DNA of 61,953 bases, counting the filler. It is 5 parts of 5 records of this genome, joined end to end, with 100 filler letters (N's around TTAATTAATTAA, not from the genome) between each part and the next. Parts side by side here need not be neighbours in the genome. Positions count along the whole stretch, not along the records: positions 1 to 10,592 come from SRR31156797_10676; 4 more parts are not named here. One strand, given 5' to 3'. The stretch's first letter is position 1. Each line of letters opens with the position of its first letter. The notes beneath the pieces were generated by a model. The model made no database searches. It was given only the letters and a program-made list of their open reading frames with translations, and had not been told where the DNA came from. A program made the position numbers and the translations under genes. Below are positions 1 to 9,484 of the stretch, one piece after another.

Positions 1-678
1 CCGAACTTTGGAGCTTTCACTCCCATGGGTAAAATGAAGTTCGCAGCTTTTGGTGACAGTCTTGCAGTAGGTATGCAAGGACTTGCAGATTTTGCCGATA
101 CAGTCGTGGCAACGATGGATTATGCAGAATTGCTTATGTATGAATTCGGCATGGACTCTTCTGATTATGAATACATGATGATGGATTTATATATGGGAAG
201 TATGGTGCTTGATTGGGTCGCAGCCGACCTTGCAACTCCAGAAGTATACACCATTATAGATGATGACACTTTGAATCTATCTGCATGGTTTGACAATGTC
301 CCCGACAATATGCTTACCGTATGGAAAGACTACTTTGAAGGCCGTGATTCATCACTTGCCGGATTCTTCCCCATGCGCATGGTTACACCGGGCATAGATC
401 CGAATTATGTTCCTGCGGAATTTGCTCTTAACGGCAACTACCCGAATCCTTTCAATCCCTTAACGACCATTTCCTTTGATCTGCCCAATGATGGCATAGT
501 CAAAATGGATGTCTTTAATATTATGGGACGAAAAGTTGCTACTCTGATCGATCAGGATATGAACGCCGGCTCTTATGAGATGACATGGAATGCTGCAAAT
601 CATTCATCCGGGGTTTACATTGTTAGAGTACAGCACGGAACTGATATCGCTTATCAGAAAATGACCTTACTTAAATAA
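1..678 (+). CDS. Secreted protein with C-terminal T9SS-type-A/FlgD-Ig-like sorting domain (5' partial)
   Basis: The frame is open from base 1. The C-terminus FALNGNYPNPFNPLTTISFDL...SSGVYIVRV...KMTLLK is the typical YPNPFNP C-terminal domain. Confidence 0.85.
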   Translation, partial: PNFGAFTPMGKMKFAAFGDSLAVGMQGLADFADTVVATMDYAELLMYEFGMDSSDYEYMMMDLYMGSMVLDWVAADLATPEVYTIIDDDTLNLSAWFDNVPDNMLTVWKDYFEGRDSSLAGFFPMRMVTPGIDPNYVPAEFALNGNYPNPFNPLTTISFDLPNDGIVKMDVFNIMGRKVATLIDQDMNAGSYEMTWNAANHSSGVYIVRVQHGTDIAYQKMTLLK

Positions 679-698
679 TTACATGTCTAAATGTTTAG

Positions 699-728
699 AT
701 CAGCCGCCGTTTCCGGCGGCTGATTTTT
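699..728 (+). terminator. Rho-independent terminator
   Basis: ATCAGCCGCCG-TTT-CCGGCGGCTGAT hairpin followed by a T-tract, about 20 nt after the stop codon. Confidence 0.85.
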
Positions 729-738
729 ATGTAAAAAT

Positions 739-2118
739 ATGATACCTCATACTCGAAAATTCGTCATCATCCTGATCATTGCATTATCATTACTTTGTGC
801 TTCAAGCTTTGAAAGTTTAAGTAATTTATTCTCCTTATCTCTACCGGACACATCCGACATGGACAAAAACATGTTATATTATGATGTAGATCATCAGGAA
901 TTACTGCGTGAATCTTTGAATGACACGCTTCTTTCAAGATATACTATACGAAATCAAAATCTTTCATACACCCATGCCGGCAAAGACATTTCTTTTAAAG
1001 CAAATTGGTCCAGAAAAATATTCACACTATCTGATCTTTTAAATTCAGAATACACCTACACTGATATTCGTCCGGTTTCTCATACTTTTAATGCTACAAT
1101 CCAAACGCATCTAAATACTTGGTTATTAAGATCTGAAGTCGGCTACGCATTTTCAAGATCTTCAGATACGCTTTTTATCACTGATTTTCCAAGCAGCGAT
1201 CAAAATGCAATGAATAACTATTTTTTCGATCTCTTACCTCCGTCCTTTGGAGATACAATCCCCTATCAACTCGCTACGGATAATTTTAAAACAAAGGTTA
1301 CTTTAGGTAATGAAAGCTTACTATTCTTTTTAGAGTATACAAATTATTCTAATCGTATTAATGAATCACATATCAATACCAGCGATAATGATCTGAATGG
1401 TCCGAGAGAATCCGCGTGCAAATTGACATATTCTTTAATAAAGGCCCAAGCATCATGGAAGCTTGATGATAGGTCCTTGATATGGACAGGAGTCAATTAC
1501 GTTTTTGTACCACTAAACTGGGAACATACGGTTTTCCCAGATGACCCGGACACATTGGAAGTAGTCAAGATCGCACATGGCAAAACACATGCTCTTAATT
1601 TTCAGGCAGGATATCATTTGCTGTCTTTTCCTTTTAATTTTAATGCTACTCTTGCTGCCGGCTTTATAAATAACATAACAGAGGCAAGCACACCGGTTCT
1701 GGGATACGTATTGGGCTTTTTACCTATCTCACATCAAGCTGACGCGAACTTTACTAACAAATCCCTACTTGCTCATGTACATTTTGATTATCCGCTTAAA
1801 ACCGGCAATTCGGTATTTACACCACGTTTTGATCTTATAGCCGGACGATTTTGGACTGACCTTTCGCTTCTGGCACTTCTTCAATTTGGGCTTGAAGATA
1901 TTGATATACAGGAACAGTATATTCACGCCGCATATATTGCATCTCTTGGTTGCAAAGCACAGATGGCACTTAATAGCGATCTATACCTGTGGTTTGAAGC
2001 CGACCAATTGATCCCTTATATCAAGCAAGTGTCCCCTGTTATACCGACTCCACCACCAAGTGATATAAAATATTATGGTGGACTTTCCCTTAAGCTCGGT
2101 GTGTCCATGACTTGGTAG
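739..2118 (+). CDS. Hypothetical exported protein, probable outer-membrane beta-barrel
   Basis: 459 aa with an N-terminal signal peptide, alternating amphipathic strands and an aromatic C-terminal strand (LSLKLGVSMTW). Confidence 0.6.
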   Translation: MIPHTRKFVIILIIALSLLCASSFESLSNLFSLSLPDTSDMDKNMLYYDVDHQELLRESLNDTLLSRYTIRNQNLSYTHAGKDISFKANWSRKIFTLSDLLNSEYTYTDIRPVSHTFNATIQTHLNTWLLRSEVGYAFSRSSDTLFITDFPSSDQNAMNNYFFDLLPPSFGDTIPYQLATDNFKTKVTLGNESLLFFLEYTNYSNRINESHINTSDNDLNGPRESACKLTYSLIKAQASWKLDDRSLIWTGVNYVFVPLNWEHTVFPDDPDTLEVVKIAHGKTHALNFQAGYHLLSFPFNFNATLAAGFINNITEASTPVLGYVLGFLPISHQADANFTNKSLLAHVHFDYPLKTGNSVFTPRFDLIAGRFWTDLSLLALLQFGLEDIDIQEQYIHAAYIASLGCKAQMALNSDLYLWFEADQLIPYIKQVSPVIPTPPPSDIKYYGGLSLKLGVSMTW

Positions 2119-2119
2119 T

Positions 2120-2157
2120 CTGTGACCTGTAACCGGTGATCAGTAATCAGTAATCAG
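2120..2157. repeat. Degenerate 7-bp tandem repeat
   Basis: CTGTGAC CTGTAAC CGGTGAT CAGTAAT CAGTAAT CAG, directly after a stop codon. Confidence 0.7.
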
Positions 2158-2262
2158 GAAATATGCAAGGATCAGAACTAAGCCCCTAAACGTTTAAACC
2201 CTTCTAGCATTGAATAACAATTTTTATATATAATTTCCCGCTAATTTGCTTTATACTATTGC

Positions 2263-3792
2263 ATGAAAAATCAATATGATGTTATCGTTATCGGTTCGGG
2301 TCTTGGCGGATTAACTTCCGGGGCCGACCTTGCCGCCTCAGGCAAAAAAGTCTTGGTTCTTGAGCAACATTTCAGAGTCGGTGGTTCAGCTACCTCATTT
2401 AAACGCAAAGATTTCATTTATGAAGCCGGTTTGCACATGACAACCGCAGTGAAAGAGGGACATGGGCATTATGAGCTATTTAAAAGATGTGGTATAGAAA
2501 AAAAGATCAAATTTGTAGCAGTGCCCGAATTTTATCATGTTTTGGGAAATGATTATGAGTTTACTTTCGGGAATGATACAGAGGATAATATTCAACGCTT
2601 AAGTGATATGTTTCCGGATGATATCAAAGGGATCAAAAAGTATTATAAATCAATCTATGCTATTAATGATCAGACCATGATGATCAATGAGAGAAAAGGT
2701 CTAAAATTCATCTTATCATTGATAGCCTTGCCCATTTTATATCCAAAAGTATTAAGCAGCCTTTTTTCAAGCATTGGTAAATTTCTTGATCGCAACATCA
2801 AGGATGAGCGCCTGAAAGCAATCTTATTAGGAAATATGGGTTACTATGGTGATGATCCATATGCCATCTCTATGCTATTTTATGCAGTTGCTCAATCCGG
2901 TTACTATAGAAGTGGCGGCGCCTATGTTCAAGGAGGGTCACATCAGATACCGGATGCATTTGCTGAAAGCATTGAAAGAAATAATGGCACGATCCTTACC
3001 ATGCAAGAAGTAACAAAGATCATAAGTGAAGACGGAAAAGCCATTGGCGTGGAATTTATTTCTAAAAGGAAAGATGCTAAAATTTCACATGCATTTGCTC
3101 CTCTCATCATCGCCAATACAGCCATACCAAATGTTACTGAGGATCTTCTTGATAAAGAACTTGCCGCCCCCATTAAAAAGAAATTTGACAAGTTTAAGAT
3201 CGGTCCCTCGATCATGACAGTTTATGTTGCCTTGGACAAACCCCTTAAAGACATGGGTAACTCATATTATTCATTGGTTTTTTATGATAATGAGAATTTA
3301 AAGATCAAGGATTTTGGGAAACTGAATCATTCAGATTTTTCAACCCGGCCTTTTATTTTATGCGATTACAGTCAATTGGATTCAAAACTTGCTCCTGAAG
3401 GTAAAGGTTATCTTGTTCTTTCACTTATGGATTTCCTTTCTGATTGGGAAGATCTTTCTGAAAGTGATTATAAATTTAAAAAGAAAAAAGCTGCAGACGT
3501 CCTTATTGAAAGAGTTTGTGAACGTTTTCCGGAAATGCGCGATCATATAGAGCGTGTTGAAGTTGCAACAGCTAAAACAATGAAACGTTTTTTACGAACA
3601 CCCGGTGGAACTGCATACGGGTATGAAAACTCCCCAATGCAAGCTCTGATCTTCCGTCCCGGAGCAAAATCACCGGTCCCTAATTTATATTTTGCATCTG
3701 CATGGACTCTCCCGGGGCCCGGTTTTGGCGGCGCCATTACATCGGGAGAAATATGCGCCACCCAAATTAAGAATGATCTGGGTATAAAATAA
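2263..3792 (+). CDS. Phytoene desaturase-family NAD(P)/FAD-dependent oxidoreductase (COG1233-like)
   Basis: DVIVIGSGLGGL dinucleotide-binding motif, LEQHFRVGG, and the C-terminal PVPNLYFASAWTLPGPG motif. Confidence 0.85.
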   Translation: MKNQYDVIVIGSGLGGLTSGADLAASGKKVLVLEQHFRVGGSATSFKRKDFIYEAGLHMTTAVKEGHGHYELFKRCGIEKKIKFVAVPEFYHVLGNDYEFTFGNDTEDNIQRLSDMFPDDIKGIKKYYKSIYAINDQTMMINERKGLKFILSLIALPILYPKVLSSLFSSIGKFLDRNIKDERLKAILLGNMGYYGDDPYAISMLFYAVAQSGYYRSGGAYVQGGSHQIPDAFAESIERNNGTILTMQEVTKIISEDGKAIGVEFISKRKDAKISHAFAPLIIANTAIPNVTEDLLDKELAAPIKKKFDKFKIGPSIMTVYVALDKPLKDMGNSYYSLVFYDNENLKIKDFGKLNHSDFSTRPFILCDYSQLDSKLAPEGKGYLVLSLMDFLSDWEDLSESDYKFKKKKAADVLIERVCERFPEMRDHIERVEVATAKTMKRFLRTPGGTAYGYENSPMQALIFRPGAKSPVPNLYFASAWTLPGPGFGGAITSGEICATQIKNDLGIK

Positions 3793-4466
3793 TGCAATTT
3801 GAAGGATTTAAACCGGAAGCCCTGCAATTTCTGGCTGATCTTGATCTTAACAATAATAAAGAATGGTTTGAATCAAGACGAGATGATTATGAATCATTGA
3901 TCCTTATTCCTCTTAGAAAACTTGTGATGGACCTAAGTCCCTTGATGAGCGATATTGATCCGGATGTTGAGTTACGTCCTGTCGTGAATAAAACCATATC
4001 AAGGATCTATCGCGACACACGGTTTTCCAAAGACAAGCGCATTTTCAGAAATCACATGTGGATCACCTTCAAACACCAAAGCAAAGATTGGCATAACATG
4101 CCCAGCTGGTGGTTTGAGATCATGCCGGGAGCTTATACTTACGGTATGGGATTTTATCAGGCGAGTCCTGCTACTATGCAGAATTTCCGCAACAAGATAG
4201 AATCAAATACTTCGGAGTTCAATCAGGTTATTTCCTTTCTTCCCGGCACTCCCCCATTTCAACTTGAAGGCTCAAAATATAAAAGACAGATTGCCAATGA
4301 TCTATCCGAAAAACTGCAGACCTGGTATCAACGCAGAAATATGTATTTGATCTGTAAAAGACCTGAAGAAAAATTGCTATTTTCATCCGAAATAGTTGAA
4401 CATATCAAGCAACGATATCTTGAACTGGAGCCTTTGTATCACTATTGGATGAGTATCTGTAATTAA
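3792..4466 (+). CDS. DUF2461 family protein
   Basis: FLADLDLNNNKEWF and RIYRDTRFSKDK motifs. The start overlaps the upstream stop (TAATG). Confidence 0.9.
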   Translation: MQFEGFKPEALQFLADLDLNNNKEWFESRRDDYESLILIPLRKLVMDLSPLMSDIDPDVELRPVVNKTISRIYRDTRFSKDKRIFRNHMWITFKHQSKDWHNMPSWWFEIMPGAYTYGMGFYQASPATMQNFRNKIESNTSEFNQVISFLPGTPPFQLEGSKYKRQIANDLSEKLQTWYQRRNMYLICKRPEEKLLFSSEIVEHIKQRYLELEPLYHYWMSICN

Positions 4467-4476
4467 TTGGCACAAT

Positions 4477-4510
4477 AAAAAAACCCATGACTTGATCATG
4501 GGTTCTTCAT
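4477..4510. terminator. Terminator between convergent genes (U-tract on the minus strand)
   Basis: AACCCATGA-CTTGA-TCATGGGTT hairpin preceded by an A-tract. Confidence 0.75.
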
Positions 4511-4524
4511 TTATTTAGGATATT

Positions 4525-5724
4525 TTAGAATCCAAATGGTTTAACCACTCTCTCCAGCAATCCTTGAGTCTTTGAGATCAAAATACCATAATTCGTGATC
4601 GCAACTCCCTGAGCATGTGCCTGACGGATCCTGCGCTGGTACTCAAGTCCGGTATTCATACAACCACCGCAATGAATGATAAGATCATAAGGAGTCAGGT
4701 CATCGGGATAATCGTGACCGGCCTGAATCTCAAATTCAAGCTTTTTGCCTGTATAATCTTCTACCCATCTGGGAATCTTATATCGACCGATATCATCGCA
4801 ATTCACATGGTGTGAACATGCTTCTGCGACTAGGATCTTGTCTCCGTCTTTAAGATCGTCCAACTTTTTCAGGCCTTCAAGTAAAACACCAAGATCTGCT
4901 TTGTAGCGTGCAAAAGCGGTTGAAAAAGTTGTAAATGGGACATCCTTAGGAGTATCATTTGCAGCTTGTAGCACGGCTTGAGAATCAGTAATGGCCAATG
5001 CCGCTTTTTTGCCAAGATTCCTAAATACTTCCGGGATCTCTGTTTCTTTTGCCGTAACAGCGATCGCATCGTTATCAAGAACTTCTCGTAACACCTGCAT
5101 CTGCGGTAAAATAATTCTTCCTTTAGGAGCTTCCAGATCAATAGGTACGATCAATACAACAATATCACCTTTGTTGATGATATCACCAATAATGACCGGC
5201 TCTTTTTTAAAATATTCAGGTACAAGTTCGATAAGATTATTTCGAAGATCGATCATGTCATCATTATTCTGCGATGAAACAGAAATGTAAGGTAACTTTT
5301 CAGCTTCAAGATACTTCAAAGTATCCACTTTAAGTTCGTAAAGATCAGTTTTATTAAATACGATCAGAAAAGGGATTTCCATACCTTTTAACTCTTTGAT
5401 ACTATTTTTGTCATGTTCATCCAACTCAGGTTTATCAAAAACCAACATGACCATATCAGAACGCCATAAAACTCGACGGGTTGCCTTAACTCGTTGTTCT
5501 CCTAATTCGCCTATGTCATCTATACCGGCCGTGTCGTAAAACGTGACCGGGCCAACCGGGATCAATTCATAATGCTTTGCCACGGGATCTGTTGTTGTAC
5601 CCGGAGTTTTAGAAACAATTGAAATATCCTGTTCGGTAATACCGTTGATCAATGAAGATTTTCCGACATTACGACGCCCTAGAAGTGTAATAATAAGTCT
5701 TTCTCCACGAGGTGCTGCTGCCAT
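4525..5724 (-). CDS. hydF: [FeFe]-hydrogenase H-cluster maturation GTPase HydF
   Basis: GTPase motifs GRRNVGKS, GTTTD, DTAG and NKTD, plus APKGRIILPQ and the Fe-S ligands EACSHH...HCGGC. Confidence 0.95.
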   Translation of the reverse strand: MAAAPRGERLIITLLGRRNVGKSSLINGITEQDISIVSKTPGTTTDPVAKHYELIPVGPVTFYDTAGIDDIGELGEQRVKATRRVLWRSDMVMLVFDKPELDEHDKNSIKELKGMEIPFLIVFNKTDLYELKVDTLKYLEAEKLPYISVSSQNNDDMIDLRNNLIELVPEYFKKEPVIIGDIINKGDIVVLIVPIDLEAPKGRIILPQMQVLREVLDNDAIAVTAKETEIPEVFRNLGKKAALAITDSQAVLQAANDTPKDVPFTTFSTAFARYKADLGVLLEGLKKLDDLKDGDKILVAEACSHHVNCDDIGRYKIPRWVEDYTGKKLEFEIQAGHDYPDDLTPYDLIIHCGGCMNTGLEYQRRIRQAHAQGVAITNYGILISKTQGLLERVVKPFGF

Positions 5725-5827
5725 ATTTTTCCCTTTATAAAGTTGTTTCTACTGCAATTATATCATTTTCATTAATTAGTTGCGATAACTTAAAAAATAT
5801 ATACTGTGAGACAAAGAATAAAATCAT

Positions 5828-5906
5828 GTTGATTTGTTGATACGTTGATTTGTTGAGAGATACTGGAATAATGAGGTTTAAACCATAAACAATAAACTTT
5901 AAACTA
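5828..5906. repeat. Two short tandem repeat tracts (8-bp GTTGANNN x4; 7-bp TAAACNN x4)
   Basis: GTTGATTT GTTGATAC GTTGATTT GTTGAGAG at 5828-5859, and TAAACCA TAAACAA TAAACTT TAAACTA at 5879-5906. Confidence 0.7.
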
Positions 5907-8318
5907 TTTTGAAAGCGCTAGCTTTTGAACCTGTAAATAATCCCCGATCTGAACTCGCAATAAATAGACTGCCGATGAATATTCCGACATATCTATCTTA
6001 AATTGATGGTCTGCAGCAGACATCTGTTCATTAAGTATGTTCTTTAATAATCGCCCGTTAATGTCATGCACGCTTATTTTGAGCATACTTGGCTCTCTTA
6101 AACTTACAGGAAGTATAGTTGAGGGATTGAAGGGATTAGGATATGCGGCTCCGATCTCAGCAGGAAACAGCGGCATGTTTTCAGGAATACTGAGAGTGAT
6201 AGCTAAATCCTTATGTGAAACAATTGATCCGCTATAATCAACATCCGAAATATAATATGTATATACTTTACCGGGTATAATATTGCTATCATTATATTGA
6301 TATGTTTGAATATTGGTTGTCGTGCCAGCGCCTTCGATTGCAGCAATAACAAGATCGTTGCGATATAATAAAAATTCAGCATTCTCAACTTCACTGGCGG
6401 TTGTCCACCTGATCTCAACCTTATCATTAATATATTCTGCAATAAAGCTGTTTAAAGTAATAGGCAGGGCCTCATCAGTAACAGTATGGGAACCGATATA
6501 ACTAAAATCATCAGTGCTTTTTGTATCCCATTCGGATGGAGTATATGTTGAATTACCTTCTGTAATATCTGCTTTTCTTACTAAGGTCACATCTTTAGCA
6601 AAATCGCTGCTTGACCCTACTTCTCCTATGATATCCACAAGTGAATCATTATAGTATAGTTCTACAACATCATTTCCGTTGAAGTTTGTCACTCCACTCG
6701 TTGTCAAATCAGCTTCCGCAAGAATACTGGCGTTCGCACTTCCATGGGAAATCACGTAAACACTATCATCATTCAAGGTTCCACTTAAGGTCAAAGTGGA
6801 ATTTGGAGATGTATTACCGTTGGAATACATTTTAATGGTTACATTGCTCAGATCCATGTTAGAACCACTAATATTATATAATTCAAGAGCCTTATTATAT
6901 GATGACCCTTCAATATATTCTGAGAAAAAAATCGTCCCATTGGAAGGTGTGCCAACCGATGAAGTGGTCACACTGATCGTATTTGAATTACCGCTCTCAT
7001 CAGATGCATCATAAGCAACTACCCGGTAATAATAATCTGTTGAAGAAGACAAAGAAAGAATCGTTTCATCTGTAACGTTGCCTACATCATTTGGACCATA
7101 ACCTGTCAAGTATGAACCGAAATCTGCATACTCAGAAACATACAGTTTATAACCTGTAGCGCCGGTGACTGAACTCCAATTCGCTGTAAACCGATCGTGC
7201 GAAACTGATGTTGCACTTTGAGCAGTTGGTGAATCTATACTTGAGGTCGTAGCACTGACCGTATTTGAATAATCACTTGAAGAGCTCGCATTATAAGCTT
7301 TTACACGGTAGTAATAATCAGTACTTGATGAAAGTGAGCCGATGGCATCACTTAGATTGCTGCCGGCGTCTTTGGGACCATAGCCGCTAATATGACTTGA
7401 AAATGTATTTGAAGTTGAAACATACAGATTATATCCGCTTGCTCCAGCAACAGAAGACCAATTAGCTGTAAAACCATCACTTTGAATTGATGAAGCTGAA
7501 TTTGCAGTAGGAGCGTTCAAAGTTGAAGTACTTGAAGTCCAGATCGAATCAACGTATTCGGGATGATCGATAAAAGGATTTCTGTTTCCTTGAAGGGTGT
7601 AAACCTCATCATTCCTGTCAGTCTCTTTTGTGCTTACCGGATCAAGGTCATGCCAATCCAGCAACATGTCAACCGCCCATTGTTCCAGTTCACAACCACT
7701 GGCCATTTCGACATCATCCCAGGCTGAATCTTCACCATAATATCTTGTTGATATATAAAAGTAAGTCCTGGCAAAATCCCCTTTAAAATCATCGATCGGC
7801 TCAAATACAGTTCCTGTATATCCTAATCCAGATCTTGCCGGGCCCTTGATGGTACCGTTATCTGAAGTAAAGGTTTCTTGTCCACTCGCTACTTCACCAA
7901 AAGGCAAATTACTTCTGTGAGAATTAGTATAAGCCTGTACCGGATAAAGGTGATAAAGATCAGTATAGTGCGGTGAGGTTTCATTTGCCCAACTTTTTGG
8001 CCAGGAGTGCTCACGGTTATAATTCGTATAGACGTCCATATCGCCGTCGTAACCCTGCTGATCGGTCCTAAATGTCCATTCGGTACCGGTGTACATGTCC
8101 CAGATCTTACCATTTGCTTTCACATCGGTTGTTTCGAATGCATCCCAAACGTCATCGTATGACAATACTGTATGATTATCAATAATATCGTGTAATTCCT
8201 GCCGCAATGTTGTTCCGGAAAGGCCGGATGCTGTATCGTAATAGCCAGATGGGATTGCAGCAAATAAGATCGTAGTTGCAAGCGCGATGAGTGTAAGCGT
8301 TTTCAGGGTCAATTTCAT
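5904..8318 (-). CDS. Secreted endonuclease I-family nuclease with two fibronectin type III repeats, a lamin-tail domain and a C-terminal sorting domain
   Basis: Signal peptide from the ATG at 8318. Nuclease motifs NREHSWPKS, DLYHLYP, KGDFAR and QGNRNPFIDHPE. Two FTANWSSV...YYYRV repeats, an FFSEYIEGSSYNKALELYN lamin-tail domain and a YPNPFNP C-terminal domain. Confidence 0.9.
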   Translation of the reverse strand: MKLTLKTLTLIALATTILFAAIPSGYYDTASGLSGTTLRQELHDIIDNHTVLSYDDVWDAFETTDVKANGKIWDMYTGTEWTFRTDQQGYDGDMDVYTNYNREHSWPKSWANETSPHYTDLYHLYPVQAYTNSHRSNLPFGEVASGQETFTSDNGTIKGPARSGLGYTGTVFEPIDDFKGDFARTYFYISTRYYGEDSAWDDVEMASGCELEQWAVDMLLDWHDLDPVSTKETDRNDEVYTLQGNRNPFIDHPEYVDSIWTSSTSTLNAPTANSASSIQSDGFTANWSSVAGASGYNLYVSTSNTFSSHISGYGPKDAGSNLSDAIGSLSSSTDYYYRVKAYNASSSSDYSNTVSATTSSIDSPTAQSATSVSHDRFTANWSSVTGATGYKLYVSEYADFGSYLTGYGPNDVGNVTDETILSLSSSTDYYYRVVAYDASDESGNSNTISVTTSSVGTPSNGTIFFSEYIEGSSYNKALELYNISGSNMDLSNVTIKMYSNGNTSPNSTLTLSGTLNDDSVYVISHGSANASILAEADLTTSGVTNFNGNDVVELYYNDSLVDIIGEVGSSSDFAKDVTLVRKADITEGNSTYTPSEWDTKSTDDFSYIGSHTVTDEALPITLNSFIAEYINDKVEIRWTTASEVENAEFLLYRNDLVIAAIEGAGTTTNIQTYQYNDSNIIPGKVYTYYISDVDYSGSIVSHKDLAITLSIPENMPLFPAEIGAAYPNPFNPSTILPVSLREPSMLKISVHDINGRLLKNILNEQMSAADHQFKIDMSEYSSAVYLLRVQIGDYLQVQKLALSK

Positions 8319-8408
8319 GATGTCAGTTTTTTCTCTCAATATTTTTTTTCAAAAGCCAAGAAATATAAGGAAAAGCTTAATCTTTTGGAATAGAATTTTG
8401 TTATATAT

Positions 8409-8440
8409 AAAAACACCGGACAATTAAATTGTCCGGTGTT
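8409..8440 (-). terminator. Rho-independent terminator
   Basis: AACACCGGACAATT-A-AATTGTCCGGTGTT perfect stem with a U-tract on the minus strand. Confidence 0.85.
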
Positions 8441-8461
8441 ACTTCTGATATCATTAATTTA

Positions 8462-9397
8462 TTATTTTACTGACGCATTCACTTTTTTTACCATTTCCAA
8501 TGGTCTGACAGCATCGCCGTAAAATGAATTCATGCCTTCAGCTGTAGCTTTAAGCATTGATTTGAACATATTTCCAAGATCTTCCTTTGTTTGAGCATTT
8601 TCGGCCTGTTTCGCCATACCGGTCACTTCTTTTTCGGCATCGACAGGGATCTCTTCATCATACTCTTTGACGATCTCACCCGTTTTGCGATTTCCTTCTT
8701 TTTTATGCACCGCATTCATCGTATAAAATACCACAAAACAATTTTCGTCTTTTACAAGCTCCGGTAATTTATGTTTTTTACCTTCGCCATCATAAACACA
8801 AACTTCCGGTATATTCCAACCTTTCATACCCGCGGCTTTTTTATCAATAACTGACTTTTTGTAAAGCTCTCTTTCACCCACGGGAGCTGTTTTGAAATAA
8901 ACTTGTTTTGTTGCAGGCAAAACTTTCGGAAGCTTGTTCTTTTTTAGATTCTTAAGATTCTTTTTTAGATTATTGAAATCAGCCCAATATTCTTCACCGT
9001 AGTGATCATCACTGAAATGAGCATAAGGCCCTGTTTGAGCAGCGATCACACCATTACTGCCTACTAGATAAATGACGCCTAAATTATAGGGTAATGCTCC
9101 ACCCTTTTCAGTCGCCCAGGATGCCGAAAAGCCCATTTTTTCCGGGACTTCCCCATACAAACCTTCTAAATGACTTGGCAATCCACCAATGAACAAGGCA
9201 TTCTCGATCTGATACATCCATTCGGATCCATCCGTATGATAGAATTCAAATCCGGGATAATTTTCTTTTGTTAATGCTTCTTCATACTCCGGATTTCCGT
9301 AATGAACGGCAATCACTTTTGCAGGTGCTGCAATAAGTCCCACTGAAAATGCAACTAGTAGAAAACAACAAACGGCAACAATTTTTCTGTTTTTCAT
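8462..9397 (-). CDS. Hypothetical secreted protein, possibly a rearranged redoxin-like fold
   Basis: 311 aa with a strong RBS (AAGGAGG) and a signal peptide. See findings. Confidence 0.75.
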   Translation of the reverse strand: MKNRKIVAVCCFLLVAFSVGLIAAPAKVIAVHYGNPEYEEALTKENYPGFEFYHTDGSEWMYQIENALFIGGLPSHLEGLYGEVPEKMGFSASWATEKGGALPYNLGVIYLVGSNGVIAAQTGPYAHFSDDHYGEEYWADFNNLKKNLKNLKKNKLPKVLPATKQVYFKTAPVGERELYKKSVIDKKAAGMKGWNIPEVCVYDGEGKKHKLPELVKDENCFVVFYTMNAVHKKEGNRKTGEIVKEYDEEIPVDAEKEVTGMAKQAENAQTKEDLGNMFKSMLKATAEGMNSFYGDAVRPLEMVKKVNASVK

Positions 9398-9484
9398 GAG
9401 AGTCCTCCTTCTTTATTTACTTTATAAAAAAAGATAATCAAGGATCAGCAAAAATCAAAGTGCTTATTATTATATAGAGTAATA

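Noticed and set aside
2943..3827. Short ORFs overlapping long genes, here and throughout the ORF track
   Set aside because: They are antisense or alternate-frame shadows of well-supported genes and have no motifs or start signals.
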